From an uncultured delta proteobacterium (GTDB taxonomy: Bacteria > Myxococcota_A > UBA9160 > SMWR01), in NCBI GenBank assembly GCA_963832165.1, contig CAWHTE010000011.1, positions 736,001 through 800,000 on the forward strand: a stretch of DNA of 64,000 bases. The letters run 5' to 3'. Numbering within the stretch: position 1 is the first letter of the stretch; each line of letters begins with the position of its first letter. Below, in pieces: positions 42,334-51,828 of the stretch. The position numbers and the translations under genes are program-made. The notes under the pieces were generated by a model. That model was not told the DNA's origin. It saw only the letters and a program-made list of their open reading frames with translations, and made no database searches.

Positions 42334-43542
42334 TCAGTCCGGGTCTGCGCCGAACAAGCGCAGCCGCGCCGCTTCGTCGCAGGGCGCATCGGGCCCCTGC
42401 CCGACGACGTCCGGGATGCACCTGGGATCGGCGAGCGCGCGCGCGAAGACGCCGTTGCGCCGCGCGTCGGCCTCGGGGCCCACGTCGAAGAACACCTGCG
42501 AGAGCCAGCCCTCGATCCTGTGGAGCCGACCGTAATATCGATCGTGCTCCTCGGCGTACGCGTGGATCGCCGCGTCCCAGTCGTCGCTCGCGAGCAGCCG
42601 CTCCGACAACACGCGCACGTCGCGCAGCGTGAGCGAGAGCCCGCAGCCCCACGTGGGATCGCTGCTCGCGGCCGCATCCCCGATGAGCACGATCCCTTCA
42701 CGTGCCGGATGCGGTGCGTACACGTCCGCGCCCGAAAAGGCCGCGAGCGGGCCTGCGGGTGTCGCTCGCTCGAGCCACGCCGCGGGTACCTGCGCCGCGT
42801 GGCACGCGGCGAGAAACGCGGGGACGTGCCCGCTGCCGGAGAGGCGGCCGGGATTTCCGTTCGCGTGGAACGCGACGTACGCCCGCAGGCGCTCGCGGCC
42901 CTGCGGAAACAGCAGCGCCTGCTCGCCCGCCGCGAAGTTCCAGAACAGCGTGGACACATCGTCCGGTCCCGCGAAGCCGTCGAGGAGCACGCCCGCGAGT
43001 GCGAGCTTCTCGGTATCGCGCGCGATCTCGAAGTCGCCCCAGACGCGCGCCTTGCTCGTGCGTCCATCGGCGCCGACCACGAGCCGCGCGCCGAACGTCT
43101 GCTCGCGGCCATCTTCGCAGCGCACGCGGACCGCAGGACGCGCGCCCGGTGTCAGCGCGATCGCGGTGGCGGGGCGGAGCAGCTCCGCGCCCGCGGCGAC
43201 CGCGGCCGCCAGCACGGCGTCCTGCAGTGCCGGGTGCGAGAGACACAGCGGCGCGAGACCTTCGGGATTCGTCTCGCGGATGTCGTTCCGCACCGCGAGC
43301 AGCGTTCCGATGTAGTTCTCGACGAAGGCGACCTCGCGCGCGCCGCACGCGCGCAGCACGTCGACGAGGCCGAGCCGATGCGCCTCGGCGACGCCCCAGG
43401 CCTCGAGATACTCCCCGCGCACGCGATCGCGAAACACCTCTTCGCGCTCGATCACGAGCACGCGCCGGCCCGCCCGCGCGAGCGAGAAGCCGAGCGCCGC
43501 CCCAGCCAGTCCACCACCGATCGCAATCGCGTCGTACGACAC
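42334..43542 (-). CDS. FAD-dependent monooxygenase
   Basis: GGGLAG, VVGADGRTS, LIGDAA..DPTWGCG. Confidence 0.92.
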   Translation of the reverse strand: MSYDAIAIGGGLAGAALGFSLARAGRRVLVIEREEVFRDRVRGEYLEAWGVAEAHRLGLVDVLRACGAREVAFVENYIGTLLAVRNDIRETNPEGLAPLCLSHPALQDAVLAAAVAAGAELLRPATAIALTPGARPAVRVRCEDGREQTFGARLVVGADGRTSKARVWGDFEIARDTEKLALAGVLLDGFAGPDDVSTLFWNFAAGEQALLFPQGRERLRAYVAFHANGNPGRLSGSGHVPAFLAACHAAQVPAAWLERATPAGPLAAFSGADVYAPHPAREGIVLIGDAAASSDPTWGCGLSLTLRDVRVLSERLLASDDWDAAIHAYAEEHDRYYGRLHRIEGWLSQVFFDVGPEADARRNGVFARALADPRCIPDVVGQGPDAPCDEAARLRLFGADPD

Positions 43543-43594
43543 GGCGCGAGTATCTCGCGGGCGGTTCGGCTTCGCACGCGCGCTGGCGGGAAAT

Positions 43595-44624
43595 TCAGTC
43601 CGCTACCGCCTCGAGAATCCGCAGCGCGCTCGCGGTCGGATGCGAGCGCTTGAGACGCAGCCCCGCGCTGCGGAACAGCGCGCGGAACTGTTCGAGCGTG
43701 CGCTCGCGGCCCGTGAGCAGCGCGAGCATGTTGACGTCGAGCAGCTTTCCCCAGTCGGGCGCGTTGCCCTTGGCGATCACGTGCTCGACGACGAGCACGC
43801 GGCCATCTGGGCGCATCGCCTCGCGGCAGTGGCGCAGGATCGTGCGCGCTCGCTCGTCGTCCCAGTCGTGGATGATGTACTTCATCACGTAGGCGTGCGC
43901 TCCCTTCGGAACCACCGCAAAGAAGTCACCGCCTTCGACGGTGCATCGCGCTGCGACCTCCTTGGCGCTGATGAATCCGCTCGCGCTCGCTCCTGCGACC
44001 ACCTGCGGCTGGTCGTAGAGCACGCCGCGCAGACGCTTGTGGCGGCGCAGGATCGCAGCGAGCAGGTGCCCGTGCGCGCCTCCCACGTCGACGAGCGTGT
44101 CGAGCTTCCCGAAGTCGTACCCGCGCGCGACTGCGGCGTTCTCGGGTCCCGAGATGCTGGCCATCGAGTCGGAGAAGAGGCGGTCCTCTTCGGGGTGGGC
44201 TCGCAGCCAGGGGAAGTACGGCATCCCGTGTGCGCGCTCGAACCCCACTTCCCCTGTGCGCACGGTGTGCGACAGCTCCTGCCAGCCGCGCCAGTTGTGT
44301 CCAGCCAACATCATGAGCGCGAAGCTGCGCAGCGAGCCGGGGACGCCCGTGCGAAGCGTCGCGGCGGTGGGAGTGAGTCGGAAGCGGCCGTCGGCCATCT
44401 CGGCGAACACGCCGACACTCGCCAGTGCACGTAGCACGCGGTGGAGCGCATCTGGCTGCGCGCCGACGCGCTTGGCGATCGCGGCGGGACTCGAGCGGCC
44501 CCTTCGCGAGTGCGTCGGCGACGCCGAGCTGCGCAATCACGAACAAGAGCTGCGAGACCCAGTATCCGGAGATCAGCCCGAGCATCACGTCCTGGGGCGG
44601 CGGGCGCCGATCGGCAGCTTTCAT
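43595..44624 (-). CDS. SAM-dependent O-methyltransferase, frameshift near 44490
   Basis: N-terminal dimerisation part in ORF 43926-44624; VDVGGAHG, GDFF, IIHDWDD, GRERT. Confidence 0.9.
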
Positions 44625-44652
44625 GGAGCCTCCTTGTCCCCGACGGGTGTTC

Positions 44653-45639
44653 TCACTCGGCTGCGGCGACTGGCTCCGGCGCCTGCTCCTGGTCGGGAAC
44701 GCGCTCCCAGCTCTTGTCCGGGTCGAAGCGCTGGATCGCGCGCGCCATCTCTGCGGTATCGGGCCCCAGATCCTTCTGGTAGACGACGCCGTCGTGGTTC
44801 ACGATGAACGTCATCACCCCCGAGTTGTCGTAGCTCGCGGGGTAGGCCACTACGGCAAAGCCGCCGATCATCTCCCCTTTGGCGACGTAGTCGTAAGCGC
44901 CGTCGCGCGCGTTCCGACCCTGGGACTCGAGCATGCGGTAGTAGTAGCCATGGTACGGAACCGGCTTGTTCGTGTAGCCCTCGTCCCGCGCCTGCGCGAC
45001 GAGCGAGCCGAGCGGGCTCTGCTCTTCGTCATCGCCGGTGGGAAAGTAGAGACCATCGCGCTTGCCTTCGCTGCTGTTGAATCGGCGCGCGAAGTGATTC
45101 AGCGAATCCCGGTTGGGATTGCGCGCGTAGTAGTCGCGCTGCGCGTCGACGACCGCGAGGCACGTCTGGATCGTGAAGCGCTCGTTGCGGCCGACGCGGC
45201 GATCGAGGATCTCTTCCTGGCCCGCCGCCGTGTCGAAGCGCCAGCCGGTGCTCTCCTTCACGATCGGGATCGGGAACGGCCACTTGTCCTTCCCGACGAC
45301 GAGATCGAAGCGGCGCGCGTTCGTGGCGTTGAGCGTGTGCGCTGCCTCGTAGCTCGCGGCGAAGCGCTGCATCATCTCGCGATCGGCAACCGCGTCCCCC
45401 GACTCGATGATCGGCTTCGCGTCCGGTCCGAGCACAGCCAGCATCGCCGTCGAATCACCGCCCTTTACCGCGGTGAGGAGCGCGGAGGCAGCCGCCTCCG
45501 CCGACGAGAAGTGTCGCTGCTCCGTCGGCGCGGTCGCGGACTTCGCCGGTTGCGCGGCGGGCTCCGTGCCGGTCGCCGCGCCGCTGCTCGAGGCGATCGC
45601 GAGCAGGATGCTCAGAAGCAACGTCTCGCGACACCTCAT
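44653..45639 (-). CDS. DUF2950 family protein
   Basis: WPFPIPIVK, EEILDRRVGRNE, PYHGYYYRML, YQKDLGP. Confidence 0.9.
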   Translation of the reverse strand: MRCRETLLLSILLAIASSSGAATGTEPAAQPAKSATAPTEQRHFSSAEAAASALLTAVKGGDSTAMLAVLGPDAKPIIESGDAVADREMMQRFAASYEAAHTLNATNARRFDLVVGKDKWPFPIPIVKESTGWRFDTAAGQEEILDRRVGRNERFTIQTCLAVVDAQRDYYARNPNRDSLNHFARRFNSSEGKRDGLYFPTGDDEEQSPLGSLVAQARDEGYTNKPVPYHGYYYRMLESQGRNARDGAYDYVAKGEMIGGFAVVAYPASYDNSGVMTFIVNHDGVVYQKDLGPDTAEMARAIQRFDPDKSWERVPDQEQAPEPVAAAE

Positions 45640-47213
45640 CGCCGCCTCCCTCCGCCGCCGCCGCGGCCGCCGCCCCCTCGCGAGCCACGCGAGGCACTCG
45701 ACCGGCTCGAGTGACCCCGGCTCGAATCGCGCCGCGTCTGACTCCCGTGTCCGACTCCTTTGAAGGCGTCCGAGCCGCGGCCGCGATCGACGCTGCGGTT
45801 GCCGCCGTAGCTGCCTCGCTGCGGGCCCGCGCTGGTACGGTCGCGCGAGCTGGTCGAGCGCTGGGGCTGGCCCGAGCGATCGCGAGCGGTGCTGCCCGCG
45901 CGATCGCCCGAGCTGGCGCTGCGCTGAGGCTCACCCGAGCGATCGCGAGCCGTGGTGCCGGCGCGGTCGCGCGAAGTGCTGCCGGCGCGCTGATCGCGCT
46001 GCGCGTTCGCGCGATCGACGTCGCGCTGCATCTGTCCGGTCCCCTCGCGAGCCATCTGCTGGCGCCCCTGTTCGGCGCGGCCGCGGAACGCCTCGCGGGA
46101 TTCGGCGCCCTTCGGACCACTTTTTCCGTAGCGATCCTGCGTGGCCTTGTCGCGGTACTGGGCGCCCTTGCGATGGGACGGGTCGTGCTGCCATTTGTTC
46201 TTTCCGCCGCGGTCTCCCTGCCTGCCGCGGTCGGCCGTACTCGCCTTGTCTCGTCCGCGCTCGCGATCACTGGCTTTGTCGCGGCGATCCCCGCGCTCGC
46301 CGTCGCCGCGCTCGCCGTCGCCACGCTCGCCATCGCCGCGCTCGCCGTCGCCACGCTCGCCATCGCCTCGCTCGCCGTCGCCGTCGACGTTGGTGTTCTG
46401 GTTGAACTCGTTGTACTCGTTCACGTTGATGTCGACGTCATCGTTGTGCCAGTCGCAATCGCCCCAGACCGCCGCGCCTACTGCCATGCCCGCTCCGAAC
46501 CAGAGCGCCGTCCCGTAGACGTAGCCGGGCGGGTAGTAGTAGTAGGGCGGGTACGCGGGATACGGCCACGGCCCATAGACGACGGTCGGGTTGTAGGTCG
46601 GGACGTACACCACCTGCGGATCGGCTTGCTCGATCACGATCACGCTCGGCTGTGTCTGTTGCACCACCACCTGCGTCGGCGCCTGCTCGACGGTCACCTC
46701 TGTGGGCGGCGCCTGCTCCACGATCACCTTCTGCTCCTTGGTGCTCTCGAGGTTCCCTGCGGCATGCGCTTTCGCGCGCAGGCGCTGCACCGCGTCCATC
46801 ACGTCCTTCTGCTGCGCGAGGAAGGCGTCGCCGAGCTTCTGCGTCCAGTCGAGCTTCTCGTTCATCATCGTGAGGATCTGCGGGAACGAGACGAGCGACT
46901 TCACGCTGGGGTCCCAGGTCTTGCCCTGGAGCGCTTCGTCGAGCGCCTTGTCCTTCAGCTCCGGGTTCTCCTGCTTGAAGCGCGCGGCTTCGACCACCTC
47001 GAGCGGATAGGTCGAGGCCATGAACACCTGCGCGAGCAGCGCATCGGGATAGAGCGCGATCGGCGCGACGATCTGCTCGAGTTCCTCGGGCGCAAATGTG
47101 GGAGTCGTGGGCGTCTCTGCCGCGCGCGCGGGTGTCCCCGTCAGCGCGATGCACGCGACGGCGAAGAAGATCGGGATGGCGGCTCGCGCCGACTCGCGGA
47201 GCGCTCGACTCAT
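45636..47213 (-). CDS. DUF3300 family protein
   Basis: LEQIVAPIALYPDALLAQVFMASTYP, WDPSVKSL, VYVPTYNPTVVYG; low-complexity tail. Confidence 0.92.
   Translation of the reverse strand: MSRALRESARAAIPIFFAVACIALTGTPARAAETPTTPTFAPEELEQIVAPIALYPDALLAQVFMASTYPLEVVEAARFKQENPELKDKALDEALQGKTWDPSVKSLVSFPQILTMMNEKLDWTQKLGDAFLAQQKDVMDAVQRLRAKAHAAGNLESTKEQKVIVEQAPPTEVTVEQAPTQVVVQQTQPSVIVIEQADPQVVYVPTYNPTVVYGPWPYPAYPPYYYYPPGYVYGTALWFGAGMAVGAAVWGDCDWHNDDVDINVNEYNEFNQNTNVDGDGERGDGERGDGERGDGERGDGERGDGERGDRRDKASDRERGRDKASTADRGRQGDRGGKNKWQHDPSHRKGAQYRDKATQDRYGKSGPKGAESREAFRGRAEQGRQQMAREGTGQMQRDVDRANAQRDQRAGSTSRDRAGTTARDRSGEPQRSASSGDRAGSTARDRSGQPQRSTSSRDRTSAGPQRGSYGGNRSVDRGRGSDAFKGVGHGSQTRRDSSRGHSSRSSASRGSRGGGGRGGGGGRRR
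46291..46380. repeat. Coding tandem repeat, 6 x 15 bp (DGERG)
   Basis: CCGCGCTCGCCGTCG-type unit six times. Confidence 0.95.
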
Positions 47214-47296
47214 GAGACCTCCCGGACCCCACCCCCGGCGCAATCACGCTAGCGGTCGCGGTGCGCGTGCGCTCTCGGTGCGGGGCTCGCGTCTCC

Positions 47297-48260
47297 CTAG
47301 AGCGTCTTCATGTACTCGATCAGCGCCCGCCGGTGGGCGTCGGTGAGCCCTGCGGTGAACTCGTGTCCTTCGTTGCCCTGGCCGAACATCCTCGTGTTGT
47401 AGATCTTCCGCTCCTCGATCTGCGACGGCGTCAGAGCCGACAGGCCGAGGAGGTTCCAGCTGAGGAGGTTGTTCGAATGGAGATTGGCGAGGATCCCCTC
47501 GAGAAGCGGGTCGTTCTGATCCTCGGGGTCCGGGTTGCAATTCAGGTACGGCGACACCGATAGATTCAGCAACGACCCGGTCTGGCACGGGATCACGTCG
47601 TATCGCCAGCCCACCTTCTGCGCGTCGAAGGCGCGGTCGAGATCGGTGTCGTAGCCCATGATCACGTTCCCGAGCAGGTTGGGGAACGCGGGCGTGATCG
47701 GGGGCTTCGACACGCGGCGCCAGATCTGGACCCGGTCGGCCGGCTTCAGCACCTCCCAGAGGTTCGGGACCGAGCCGTTGTGCATGTACGGAGCAGTCGC
47801 CCAGATGCCGTAGAGAGGCGGCGCCAGGTAGCCGGGCGTGCGCCCGCTGTTCAGGTCGGGATGGTTCTGAGGGCCGCAGTCCTGGGGCGTATCTGCGGTG
47901 GTCGGGTAGGAGAAGAATCCGTCACGCGCGGCCTCCTGGAGACCTTCGTGTTGATCCAGGCGAGCCCGGTCGGTGCCGATGATCTCGATCGGCACGATGT
48001 AGCCCGCGACACCCTCGAGATCGGGTGAAGCGAGGAAGTCGGGATCCTTCACGTATCTCTGCGCATAGGCACCGTGGCAGCTCGCACACGAGCCGTTGCC
48101 CTCGGGTCGCGGGATGTTCGCGTTGGCCGGGTCCTTCCACAGGTCCTTCGTGTGGAAGACCACGGCGCCCTCTGCGGCCAGGGTCTGATCGATCGGATAG
48201 GGATACGCCGGAGCCTTGAGGCTCTCGACCCAGACGTTCACATCGGGCGAGTGCTCCTGC
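47297..48260 (-). pseudogene. C-terminal half of a RoxA-like c-type cytochrome
   Basis: CASCH, GYLAPPLYGIWATAPYMHNGSVPNLW, RKIYNTRMFGQGNEGHEF; N-terminal half absent. Confidence 0.75.
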
Positions 48261-48499
48261 ATCCGAAGGCGCGCGACCTGCTGGAATGGGCCCAGCAGCT
48301 CCTCTCCGCGGCGATCCGGCAGCTGAAGGAGATGCGGCGCCCCGACGCGAGCGCAGACGTCGAGCTCGTGAGCGAGCTGATGCTTCGGCTGTTCCAGTCC
48401 GCAGTGCTGACGCCGGGCGGCGTGATGGGGTCGGGGAGCGACGACGAGCTGCGCCGCGCCGCCCGTCATCTGCTGGCGCCGCTCCTGCGCTCGCGCTGA
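48261..48499 (+). pseudogene. Probable TetR-family C-terminal fragment
   Basis: VSELMLRLFQSAVLTPGG...DDELRRAARHLLAPLL; no HTH or start. Confidence 0.5.
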
Positions 48500-48557
48500 T
48501 CGATCGGCGCATTCCTGCTCTGGTGGGGTGCCGCAATGCGCTCGTGTGCGCGGTACG

Positions 48558-49199
48558 TCACTCCATCCGCACGAGCCCGCGCCGCGTGGCGACCTTGATC
48601 GCCTCGGTACGGCTCGTCACGCCGAGCTTCTCGAACAGGTGTCCCAAATGCGTCTTCACGGTCCGCTCGCTGATGCCGAGCTCGCTCGCGATCTCCTTGT
48701 TCGCCTTGCCGTCGGCCAGCGAGCGAAGCGTCGCGAGCTCGCGCGGTGTGAGCTGCACGTGCGTCACGCCCTCCGCGAGCTTCGCCGCCGCGGCGGGCGC
48801 GAGATACGTCTTGCCGGCGAGCACCTCGCGGATGCAGGAAATCAGATCGTCTGCGGCGATGTCCTTGAGCACGTACGCCTTCGCGCCCGCCTTCAGCGCG
48901 CGCGCGATCTCGTCGTCCGTGTCGTAGGTGGTGAGCACGATCACGCGCGCCTGCGGCTCGCGCGCGCGGATCCGGCGCACGGCCTCCACGCCGTCCATTA
49001 CGGGCATGCGCAGGTCGAGCAGCGTCACATCGGGGTGATATCGATCGAACGCATCGATCGCCTCGGCCCCGTTCCCCGCCTCCGCGACTACGCGCAGATC
49101 CGATTCCTGGTTGATGATGTTGGCGACGCCGGTCCGGAACAGCGCGTGGTCGTCGACGACGAGCACGCCGGCCGGTCCGGTCGATGCGTCAGCCGGCAA
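48558..49199 (-). CDS. NarL/LuxR-type response regulator
   Basis: VDDHALFR, DLRMP, LTPRE..GKANKEIA..ISERTVKTH. Confidence 0.95.
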   Translation of the reverse strand: MPADASTGPAGVLVVDDHALFRTGVANIINQESDLRVVAEAGNGAEAIDAFDRYHPDVTLLDLRMPVMDGVEAVRRIRAREPQARVIVLTTYDTDDEIARALKAGAKAYVLKDIAADDLISCIREVLAGKTYLAPAAAAKLAEGVTHVQLTPRELATLRSLADGKANKEIASELGISERTVKTHLGHLFEKLGVTSRTEAIKVATRRGLVRME

Positions 49200-50481
49200 G
49201 GTGCACTTGCGTCGGAAGCGACGACGGCTCCCAGGCCAGCACCACCTCCGTACCGCTGCGCGGAGCGGTCACGATCGTGAGCGAGGCGCCGATCCGGTCG
49301 GCGCGCTCGCGCATGCTCGTCATGCCGAACCCCGCCGAGCGCCGTCCGCGCGCGATTCCGCGCCCGTCGTCGGCCACCGACAAGCGCAGCCCGATCGAGT
49401 TCACGCTCGACGCGCGGATCGTGATCTGCCCGGCACCCGCGTGTCGCACGGCGTTCGTCAGCGCCTCCTGCGCGATCGCGACGATCTCCCGCTCCACGCT
49501 GTCGCCGAAGCGCGGCAGCTCCTCCAGCTCGACCTCGATCGGGATATCGGTCGTGCGCTGGCCGAGATCCGCGAGCCGCTCGAGCGCCGCTGCGACGCCC
49601 TCGCTGTCGCCCACGTTGGGCCGCAGCGTGCACACCGATCGCCGCGCTTCGGTCAGGGACGTGCGCGCGAGAACGACCGCGTTCTCGAGACTCGAACGAA
49701 CGGAGGCGGGAAGCGTGCCCACCTCGCGCAGCGCGCCCTGCAGCTGCATCAGGATCGCAGCGAACCCCTGCGCGAGGTTGTCGTGGATGTCGCGCGCGAG
49801 CCGGTTCCGCTCTTCCAGCGTGGCCTTCTCGCGCTCCTCGATCCTGCCCTGCTCCGCGAGGCGACCCACGTGCAGAACGAACGTCGCATGACGCGCGATC
49901 GCCTCGAGCATCGCGAGCCGCCACTGCGGGCATTCGTTGCCGGGCCCGGAGGCGAGCACGAGCCAACCGAGAATGCGCGCGCCGATCACCATCGGCGCGG
50001 TCTGGATCGTCTCGATGCCCGAGCGCCGGATCTGGTCGCGGATGGGCGCGGGCAGGCGTGGATCGTCGCCCTCGTAGACGACGGCTCCCGTCCACCCCGG
50101 GATGTGTGTGAACAGATGCGTCGCCATGCTCTCGCGAGGGAGCGCCAGTGCGTCCCAGCCCGCGCTCCCCGGCGTGTGCAGCGCGCCTTGCTGATAGGTC
50201 ATCCACAGCTCGGCTCGCTCGTCGTCCTCGTCGAGCAGCCAGACGTCACACGCCTCGCTCTCGCACTCTTCGACGAGAGTCTTCGTGAACATGCCGAAGA
50301 AGCTCTCCACGCTCTCGGGCTCGCGCGCGAGCAGATTGAGCGTGAGCTCCGCCGCATCGGTCTGGACCTTACCGAGGCACTCCGCGTGGCGGCGCTCCTC
50401 CATCTCGTGGATCAGCGCTTCGCGGAGCTCGCTCGGGTCGGTGGGAAGGATCGGAACCTCGAACTCTGATTCGCTGTTCAT
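49189..50481 (-). CDS. Cytoplasmic GAF + HisKA_3 sensor kinase
   Basis: EERNRLARDIHD, QEALTNAVRHA, DDGRG, GFGMTSMRERA. Confidence 0.93.
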   Translation of the reverse strand: MNSESEFEVPILPTDPSELREALIHEMEERRHAECLGKVQTDAAELTLNLLAREPESVESFFGMFTKTLVEECESEACDVWLLDEDDERAELWMTYQQGALHTPGSAGWDALALPRESMATHLFTHIPGWTGAVVYEGDDPRLPAPIRDQIRRSGIETIQTAPMVIGARILGWLVLASGPGNECPQWRLAMLEAIARHATFVLHVGRLAEQGRIEEREKATLEERNRLARDIHDNLAQGFAAILMQLQGALREVGTLPASVRSSLENAVVLARTSLTEARRSVCTLRPNVGDSEGVAAALERLADLGQRTTDIPIEVELEELPRFGDSVEREIVAIAQEALTNAVRHAGAGQITIRASSVNSIGLRLSVADDGRGIARGRRSAGFGMTSMRERADRIGASLTIVTAPRSGTEVVLAWEPSSLPTQVHLAG

Positions 50482-50706
50482 GACGAGCTCTCCGTGAGTT
50501 GAAAGGTAGTCCCCGACGCGGGATCGGGCCCGTGTCCTCACGGCGGAGCGCCGCATCGTCCGAAAGTCGCAGATCGCTCTACGGCACGCGTCGCGGTCCG
50601 GGTTCGCTCGTGCGGCGGAGCCGGCCGTGACACTCCTGCCCGATTGTGGGCGCGCTGTCGATTCCGAAGATTCCCAGGCGTCAGTTCTGGGAGACGGAGG
50701 AAAGCA

Positions 50707-51828
50707 ATGGCGAAGCGAATGGCACTGATGCTCCTGGTGGCGACGGTCGCGATCGCGGGGCTCGGCTTCGCGAAATTCCGACAGCTGCGAGCGGAGAACG
50801 AGGCGGAGTTCCAGCCGCCGCCCGAGGCGGTCACGACGATCGTCGTGCGCGAAGAGCAGTGGCATAGCGCACTGGCTGTGATCGGGACGGTGGCACCGGT
50901 TCAGGGTGTCACGGTGAGCGCCGACCTGCCGGGCATCGTCGAGCGGATCGCGTTCGAGTCGGGCGATCGCGTGCGCCAGGGCGACGTGCTGGTCGAGCTC
51001 GACACGCGGCAGGAGAGAGCGCAGCTCGCGGCGGCGCAGGCCGAGCGTGTGCTCGCCGGCCGCATCGTCGCGCGCATGCAGGCGATGTGGGACCAGGGCG
51101 TGATCTCGCGCACCGACTACGACCGCGCCACCGCAGAAGACGAACGGGCCGCAGCGCGTGTCGGGGAGATCCGCGCGACGATCGAGCGCAAGACGATCCG
51201 CGCGCCGTTCACGGGAGTCGCGGGCATCCGCCAGGTGAACCTCGGGCAGTACCTCTCGCCGGGCTCGGCGGTCGTCCCGCTGCAATCGCTCGACCCGATC
51301 TACGTGAACTTCGGCGTGCCGCAACAGGACGCGAGCCGCGTCGGCGTGGACCGCGCAGTGCGCATCACGACCGACGAGGTCACCGGCACCGCCTTCGAGG
51401 GCCGGATCACCGCGCTCGACTCGGTGGTCGACGAGGGCACGCGCAACATCCAGGTGCAGGCGACGTTCGCCAATCCGGACGGGGCGCTGCGCCCGGGCAT
51501 GTTCGTGCAGGCCCAGGTGAGCCTCGGCGCGACCCGCTCGGCCGTCGCGCTGCCGGCCTCGTCGATCCATTATGCGCCCTACGGAAACTCGGTCTTCGTC
51601 GTCACCGATCAGACCGATCCGCAGGGGAACACCTACCGCGGCGTGCGCGAGCAGTTCGTGAAGCTGGGCAGCGCGCGCGGCGACCAGGTGGCGGTGGTAT
51701 CGGGCGTCGACCCGGGCGCCGAAGTGGTCACCTCGGGTGTGTTCAAGCTGCGCAACGGCGCCGCGGTCCTCGTGAACAACGCGACCCGGCCCGGCAACGA
51801 CCCCGCGCCCCGCCCCGAGGAAAGCTGA
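50707..51828 (+). CDS. RND efflux periplasmic adaptor
   Basis: N-terminal anchor, IRAPFTGVAG, LRPGMF. Confidence 0.93.
   Translation: MAKRMALMLLVATVAIAGLGFAKFRQLRAENEAEFQPPPEAVTTIVVREEQWHSALAVIGTVAPVQGVTVSADLPGIVERIAFESGDRVRQGDVLVELDTRQERAQLAAAQAERVLAGRIVARMQAMWDQGVISRTDYDRATAEDERAAARVGEIRATIERKTIRAPFTGVAGIRQVNLGQYLSPGSAVVPLQSLDPIYVNFGVPQQDASRVGVDRAVRITTDEVTGTAFEGRITALDSVVDEGTRNIQVQATFANPDGALRPGMFVQAQVSLGATRSAVALPASSIHYAPYGNSVFVVTDQTDPQGNTYRGVREQFVKLGSARGDQVAVVSGVDPGAEVVTSGVFKLRNGAAVLVNNATRPGNDPAPRPEES

Noticed and set aside
41148..44624. Secondary-metabolite biosynthetic cluster
   Set aside because: Tailoring-type enzymes only, convergently arranged, with no scaffold synthase or precursor peptide visible
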